A stretch of DNA of 64,000 nt from Gemmatimonadaceae bacterium. GTDB taxonomy: Bacteria > Gemmatimonadota > Gemmatimonadetes > Gemmatimonadales > Gemmatimonadaceae. Numbering within the stretch: position 1 is the stretch's first letter; each line of letters opens with the position of its first letter. Position numbers and translations under genes: made by a program. The DNA is taken from NCBI GenBank assembly GCA_044224875.1, contig JBGAJQ010000004.1:79226-143225 (forward strand), given 5' to 3'. Below the pieces are notes generated by a model. It made no database searches and was not told the origin of the DNA. It saw nothing but the letters and a program-made list of their open reading frames with translations. This document shows, one piece after another, positions 58,985 to 64,000 of this stretch.

Positions 58985-59884
58985 ATGAGCCCACCCATCT
59001 CGACCTTCCTCGGCCGCAGCATTCGCGCGGCCCTCGCCGCGTTGTCCGTAGCTGCCCCGACCGCCGGCGCCCAGGCCAGTGCCGCGCCTGCGGCACCGAA
59101 CATCCACGCGCTGGTCGACTCCGTGAGCGGCTCGGGATCCACGATGACGAGGACGCGCAAGCTGGTGTACTGGATCAACGACACCTTCACGTGGTCCTAC
59201 ACGGACTACGAGTCCCGCACCCCAGTCCAGATCATCGCGCGGCGCGCCGGCAACTGCGCCGAGCTGGCGTCCGTGTTGCATCTGATGCTCGACAGCCTCA
59301 ACGTACGAACGCGATGGGTGCGCGAGATCAATGTCCAGCCTGAACAAACGCCGCGCCGGCAGGCGACGGCCGACAGCCTGGTGAAAGTGCGTGGGAATTC
59401 GTTCTCCGTGTTCGGGCTGCAGCACAACGATCATGTCTGGCTCGAGGTCTGGGACGACTCCAGTCGTGCGTGGTTCCCGGCGGATCCGGCGTACGGTGTC
59501 GTCGGTCTCGCCGACTGGTCCGCGGCGCGGTTGGCGCTCGACCACCGGCCGAAGCCCAGGGTGAAGGCGGTCGAGCCGATCGCGGCAGACATGGTCGCGC
59601 CGTTCGTCGTCACCGCGGGCGAACGTCGGTCCGGCCCGTACAACGAGGACCGCACGAAGTTCTACCTGATCGACGGGTTCAACGCGCTGTACGCTTCACG
59701 CCTCTCGTCCCTGCCGTCGTGGCCGGCGTGGGTGACCGCGGTGGAGGCGCTGTCCCCGCACGCTCAGGCGGCGTTTGACGGGAAGGAGAACTTGCACACG
59801 TATACGGCGGACATCGGAAAGCTCAAACAGACGTACGATCGACTTGCACAGGAGGCGGCAGCGAAGAAATTGAGCTGGAAGTAG
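58985..59884 (+). CDS. Secreted transglutaminase-like domain protein
   Basis: GNCAELA (Cys), HVWLEVW (His), WFPADP (Asp); signal peptide. Confidence 0.8.
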   Translation: MSPPISTFLGRSIRAALAALSVAAPTAGAQASAAPAAPNIHALVDSVSGSGSTMTRTRKLVYWINDTFTWSYTDYESRTPVQIIARRAGNCAELASVLHLMLDSLNVRTRWVREINVQPEQTPRRQATADSLVKVRGNSFSVFGLQHNDHVWLEVWDDSSRAWFPADPAYGVVGLADWSAARLALDHRPKPRVKAVEPIAADMVAPFVVTAGERRSGPYNEDRTKFYLIDGFNALYASRLSSLPSWPAWVTAVEALSPHAQAAFDGKENLHTYTADIGKLKQTYDRLAQEAAAKKLSWK

Positions 59885-60010
59885 TCGCGCGGGCCGCCGC
59901 ACACTGAGCTAGCGACTGGAACCAGCCTCAGTCTCGCCGGAGGTCCGAGCCTAGTTGAGATCGAGACCTGCTTACTGGCCAACACGACACGAGCGCTCGA
60001 TTCCCGTCGT

Positions 60011-61441
60011 TCACGGGGCAACGCGACGAAAGGCCTCCGTGCTGTGCATCTCCCCTCCAGGGCCGCGTGGTACCCAACCGCGAGGCTCGCGAGTGACGCG
60101 CATGGTCCCGTCGCCGAGCAGCGCTGCCTTCTGAACCAACAACGCCGCGATGCCGCGGAACCACGGGAGTCCCCACTCCAGCGTGCCCGCCGGCGTCACC
60201 TGAATGACGTAACGGTCACCCTCATCCCAGCTGCCGTCGGGCAGCTGGATGCGGGAGTGTACGATGATGGTGTCTCCCGATGGGCGGACGGTGATCTCAT
60301 GCCGGGTTCCGGCGCCCACCTTCTCCCAGCGGCCGATGAATGAGGCAGCCTGCGCCAACGTCGGCCGTTTGGCTGGAATCTCCAGCGGAATGAATGAAGG
60401 CGGCAGAGGCGTCGCGCGCTCTTCGGCCAGTAACTCGCGCAACTCACGCCCCGCTGCATCGCCGAACGCCTGTTCCATCCTCGGCAGCATGCGATCAGCG
60501 TCTTCGAACTGACGAGCATGGATCGACATGCGTATGGTCTTTTCGTACGCGGACCTGGGAATCGGTACGTCGTAGCCAACACGAGCTGCCAGAGAGTCGT
60601 ATCGCTCGAGCATCGCAACCGGGCGGGTGCCCGGCTTCCAGTCCGATGGACGGAAGTCAGCGAAGAGGGTTCGAAAGGCCTGGAGCATTCCCGTGGCGGC
60701 CATGCTCTCGTGGGTCTCTCCCGTCACCGTCAGCTCCCGCACCATGGGCGCGCCTCCGCCCCAGCGGGTGGTGTCCACGGCCATGATGGGTGTGTTCACC
60801 AGCATCACGCGGGCGCGGCGCGCGTCTGATGCGCCTAACGTCTTGTGTGCCTGGCGCCACTCGCGCTCGTCGTTCCACCAGATGGCTGCTTCCATCACGA
60901 CGTACCCGGTGAAGAGCGACGGACGCGCAGTCAGGGTGTATAGTGCGAAGAGACCACCTAACGAGTGGCCGACGAGCACGCGCATTGGCACCGTTCGGTA
61001 CGCACTATCAATCCGAGGGAGCAGCTCGTCGCCGAGAAAGGCCAGCAGTCGGTCGGCGCCGCCGTTCGCCGCGGCGACTTCCGGCGGGGGCGTGAAGCCG
61101 GGAGCCGGGGTTGTGGTCAAGTCGCGCAGACGCTGGGTGTTTCGCACGCCGACCACGATCGCGGGCGGCATGATGGACGTGGAGGCGTAGAATCGTGCCG
61201 CCGCCGACGCTATCTCATGCTCGAACTCGCCATCGAGAACGACGATCACCGGATATCGCTCGGTCCCGGAGCCGTAGCGCCGCGGCAAGGCAATGTCCAC
61301 GACGCGTTCTTCCCCGAGCGCACGCGAGTGAAGGCGAATCGTCGTGTCCAGCGATCCTGCACTCTGGGCGCCGAGTGCATGCGGCCACCATGCTGTGGCG
61401 ATATTCAGGCAGCAAGTGGTTAAGCCCCGAATCCATCTCAC
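60011..61441 (-). CDS. IroE/BesA-like alpha/beta-fold esterase with C-terminal extension
   Basis: YPVIVVLDG, IVVGV, RLRDLT, DELLPRID..YRT, GHSLGG; GTG after GGAGG. Confidence 0.85.
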   Translation of the reverse strand: MRWIRGLTTCCLNIATAWWPHALGAQSAGSLDTTIRLHSRALGEERVVDIALPRRYGSGTERYPVIVVLDGEFEHEIASAAARFYASTSIMPPAIVVGVRNTQRLRDLTTTPAPGFTPPPEVAAANGGADRLLAFLGDELLPRIDSAYRTVPMRVLVGHSLGGLFALYTLTARPSLFTGYVVMEAAIWWNDEREWRQAHKTLGASDARRARVMLVNTPIMAVDTTRWGGGAPMVRELTVTGETHESMAATGMLQAFRTLFADFRPSDWKPGTRPVAMLERYDSLAARVGYDVPIPRSAYEKTIRMSIHARQFEDADRMLPRMEQAFGDAAGRELRELLAEERATPLPPSFIPLEIPAKRPTLAQAASFIGRWEKVGAGTRHEITVRPSGDTIIVHSRIQLPDGSWDEGDRYVIQVTPAGTLEWGLPWFRGIAALLVQKAALLGDGTMRVTREPRGWVPRGPGGEMHSTEAFRRVAP

Positions 61442-61797
61442 GTGCAAACGCCTCCGAAGAACTCTGGGTGTTAGGTGCGCGAGCGGCCGGAATGGTTGCC
61501 ATCGTCGGTTGTGGGAAGCTCGCGGCGCGAGGTGGGAGTCGCCAGCTGCCACGGTCGTCGGGCTCTGATTCAGCACGGTCGACATCATCATCAATGCCGC
61601 CCTGATCGATGAGCACGTGGGGTTCGAGGAGGTGATTGACGAAGCTGCAGCTCCGGTCACACGGAGCTCGCCAGCCCGATGACACACGGGCACGGACCGA
61701 ACACCTAACGAAGTTGCCTATGCGCATAGACTACGCGTTACTATGTCTCCGGCTCTACACTGAACGACGCTACAAAGCCGCGCGACGCCGCGGCCAC

Positions 61798-63108
61798 TCA
61801 CCTCCTCCCCACCTCATCCCGATACACCACACCCCCCTTCATCACAAACCCCACCCGCTCCAACAGCGTGATGTCCGCCAACGGATCCCCCGCCACCGCA
61901 ATCAGGTCCGCATACCGCCCCACCTGAACGCTCCCCACTTGGGTCTCCCAACCAAGTATCTTCGCGTTCAAGCTCGTGGCCGAGACAATCGCCTGCATCG
62001 CGGACTCCCCCAGCTGCACCCGCGCGCCGAACTCCTTCGCGTTGTCGCCATGAGGTACTACCGCGGCGTCCGTACCAAAGCCGATCGGAATGCCAGCAGC
62101 TAGCGCGCGCCTGAAACCGGCGTCCTTGATCGACTTGACGGCCCGACTGCGCTCCAGCTCCGACTTGGGCGTTGTACCTGCCGCAGCTGAGACCTCGATG
62201 GCGGCAGAGGTGTACAGCGTTGGCACGTAGTACGTGGCACCGTTCGATGCCTTGAGCAGCGCAATGGCCTCGTCATCCAGCATGGAACCGTGATCGATCG
62301 TCCGCACACCGGCGCGGATCGCCGCCTTGATCCCCTCAGCGCCGTGAGCATGCGCCGCCACGGGGCGCCCCCAGCGATTCGCCTCCACCACGGCGGCCCT
62401 GATCTCCTCGTCCGAGTATTGCTGCGCGCCAGGCGTTATGCCTTTCGACAATACCGCACCGGTCGCGAGGATCTTGATGAAGTCGGCGCCGTTCTTGAAG
62501 TTGGTCCTGACGGCCTTGGTCACCTCCTCCGGCCCGTCAGCCAGGTTCTTCACGAGCGGCACATCCACGTAGATCGAAAACTGCCGTGCGTCGCCAGCTC
62601 CACCGGTGGACGAGACATAGTTGCCGGCAACCATCAGCCGCGGACCGGGCACCACGCCTTCATCAATCGCCTTCCGCAGGTCCACATCCACAAACGGCCA
62701 CTCGGGCCCCATATCTCGGCAGGTGGTGAATCCCGCCATCAGCGTCACGCTCGCGTTGCGCGCCCCCCAGAGCGCGTCGTGCGCTGGTGTCACACGCGTG
62801 AGGGCATCCTCCCAATGCACGCGCGCATCCCCGGTGAGGTGCGTGTGCAGGTCGATCAGCCCGGGTAGGAGCGTTGCGCTACCCAGGTCGATCACGGTGG
62901 CGCCGGCGGGAACGGGCAGGGAACTGCCCACCGCCGCAATGCGCTCGCCTTCGATGCGAACCATGGCGGGAGAGAGCGGTGGGCCTCCCAGTCCGTCGAT
63001 GAGGCGAGCCGCTCGCACGATGGTGACTTTCGGCGCGGGCAGTTGCGCTTGGGAGGGCGTCGAGGCGATGAGGCAACCGATGAGGACAAGCGCAGGGGAC
63101 GGTCGCAT
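61798..63108 (-). CDS. Secreted metal-dependent amidohydrolase (Xaa-Pro dipeptidase-like subfamily)
   Basis: PGLIDLHTH, AGFTTCRDMG, GADFIK, AHAHG, IDHG, FGTDA. Confidence 0.92.
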   Translation of the reverse strand: MRPSPALVLIGCLIASTPSQAQLPAPKVTIVRAARLIDGLGGPPLSPAMVRIEGERIAAVGSSLPVPAGATVIDLGSATLLPGLIDLHTHLTGDARVHWEDALTRVTPAHDALWGARNASVTLMAGFTTCRDMGPEWPFVDVDLRKAIDEGVVPGPRLMVAGNYVSSTGGAGDARQFSIYVDVPLVKNLADGPEEVTKAVRTNFKNGADFIKILATGAVLSKGITPGAQQYSDEEIRAAVVEANRWGRPVAAHAHGAEGIKAAIRAGVRTIDHGSMLDDEAIALLKASNGATYYVPTLYTSAAIEVSAAAGTTPKSELERSRAVKSIKDAGFRRALAAGIPIGFGTDAAVVPHGDNAKEFGARVQLGESAMQAIVSATSLNAKILGWETQVGSVQVGRYADLIAVAGDPLADITLLERVGFVMKGGVVYRDEVGRR

Positions 63109-63252
63109 AGCGGCGTGGAGCGGGAGCGGGAGGGACAGGTCGACAAGACCAACGCGGGTCACGGCAAAGCTGCGTTGCGGAAAGAGAGAAGCAAGACGTA
63201 CTGCAGGCGCGCGGCCTCCGCGCTACCTTTGGTCGGCCACTCAAGTCCAACG

Positions 63253-64000
63253 ATGCTCCGTCGCGTCATACTCGCTCTCGTGTCCCTCACTACTGCAGCG
63301 ACAACGTCCAGCGCCCAGGTGGCGTCCGGCGATCGCGCACGCGCACGTGCACTCGGCGTCGTGCCCGGCATCTTCAAGCCGGGCGCGCTCAACGCCATCA
63401 CCGACGTCGCCGGCGTTCGCGTCGGTCAAACGACCGTGGTGACCGGCGACTCGATACGCACCGGTGTCACGGCAATCCTACCGCACAGCGGAAACCTCTT
63501 TGCCGATCGAGTGCCCGCCGCGCTTCACGTCGGCAACGGCTTCGGCAAGCTGCTCGGCGTGACGCAACTCACCGAACTCGGTGAGCTGGAAACCCCCATT
63601 CTGCTCACGTGTACGTTGTGCGTGTGGAAGGCGGCGGACGCGATGGTGGAGTGGCTGTTGGAGCAGCCTGGAATGGATGGTGTCGGCTCCATCAATCCGG
63701 TGGTGGGCGAGACGAACGACGGGGGCCTCAACGCCATTCGAAGCCGACCCATCACACGAGACCACGTGCGCGAGGCGTTGAACGGCGCAACGAGTGGCCC
63801 GGTGGCCGAAGGAAGCGTTGGGGCAGGCACGGGAACGGTCGCGTTCGGATGGAAGGGGGGCATTGGTACATCGTCCCGCGTGCTCCCCAAGTCGTTAGGT
63901 GGATACACGGTTGGAGTGTTGGTACAATCGAACTTTGGCGGGGTCCTCCAGGTACTCGGCGCGCCGGTAGGCCGCGAGCTCGGCCAATACGCTTTCAAGG
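63253..64000 (+). CDS. P1-family (DmpA-like) aminopeptidase, runs off the right edge
   Basis: Not in the ORF track; my translation gives NAITDVAGVRVGQ, RTGVTAILP, NGFGKL, NPVVGETND, EGSVGAGTG, WKGGIGTSSR, VQSNFGG. Confidence 0.9.
   Translation, partial: MLRRVILALVSLTTAATTSSAQVASGDRARARALGVVPGIFKPGALNAITDVAGVRVGQTTVVTGDSIRTGVTAILPHSGNLFADRVPAALHVGNGFGKLLGVTQLTELGELETPILLTCTLCVWKAADAMVEWLLEQPGMDGVGSINPVVGETNDGGLNAIRSRPITRDHVREALNGATSGPVAEGSVGAGTGTVAFGWKGGIGTSSRVLPKSLGGYTVGVLVQSNFGGVLQVLGAPVGRELGQYAFK

Noticed and set aside
61566..61568. In-frame TGA as selenocysteine or readthrough
   Set aside because: No Cys-type context or convincing SECIS hairpin; decay is the simpler explanation
1..64000. 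Many long overlapping or antisense ORFs in the track (e.g. 40098-41387, 26450-27658, 11791-12801, 38930-39985)
   Set aside because: Arg/Pro/Ala-rich shadow frames of real genes, expected in high-GC DNA
1..64000. tRNA, rRNA, transposase, integrase, prophage or known defence system
   Set aside because: No diagnostic sequence or motif recognised by eye

Overview
High-GC bacterial DNA. The gene content (TPR-fused Ser/Thr kinases, an ECF-kinase pair, SusC/SusD, Big_2 lipoproteins, PD40-amidohydrolase, many signal-peptide hydrolases) suggests Gemmatimonadota, which is an inference. About 40 coding regions are supported, mostly secreted or periplasmic hydrolases, outer-membrane transporters and signalling proteins. 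I see no rRNA, tRNA, CRISPR array or intact mobile element. Best leads: (1) a protein whose N-terminus is a mirror-symmetric 7+7 cysteine ladder with exact 11-residue spacing, fused to a Kelch-like propeller (20027-21901); (2) a structured, switch-like leader that can sequester the Shine-Dalgarno of an ankyrin protein (about 11959-12081); (3) a DUF2946/CutF/CruR-like Cys/His peptide ending PPAIGPP upstream of a TonB receptor; (4) a translationally coupled four-gene operon of unknown function (53353-57610); (5) repeated internal deletions, truncations and a frameshift. Product calls come from motif recognition only; no searches were run, and several start codons were re-chosen by eye.
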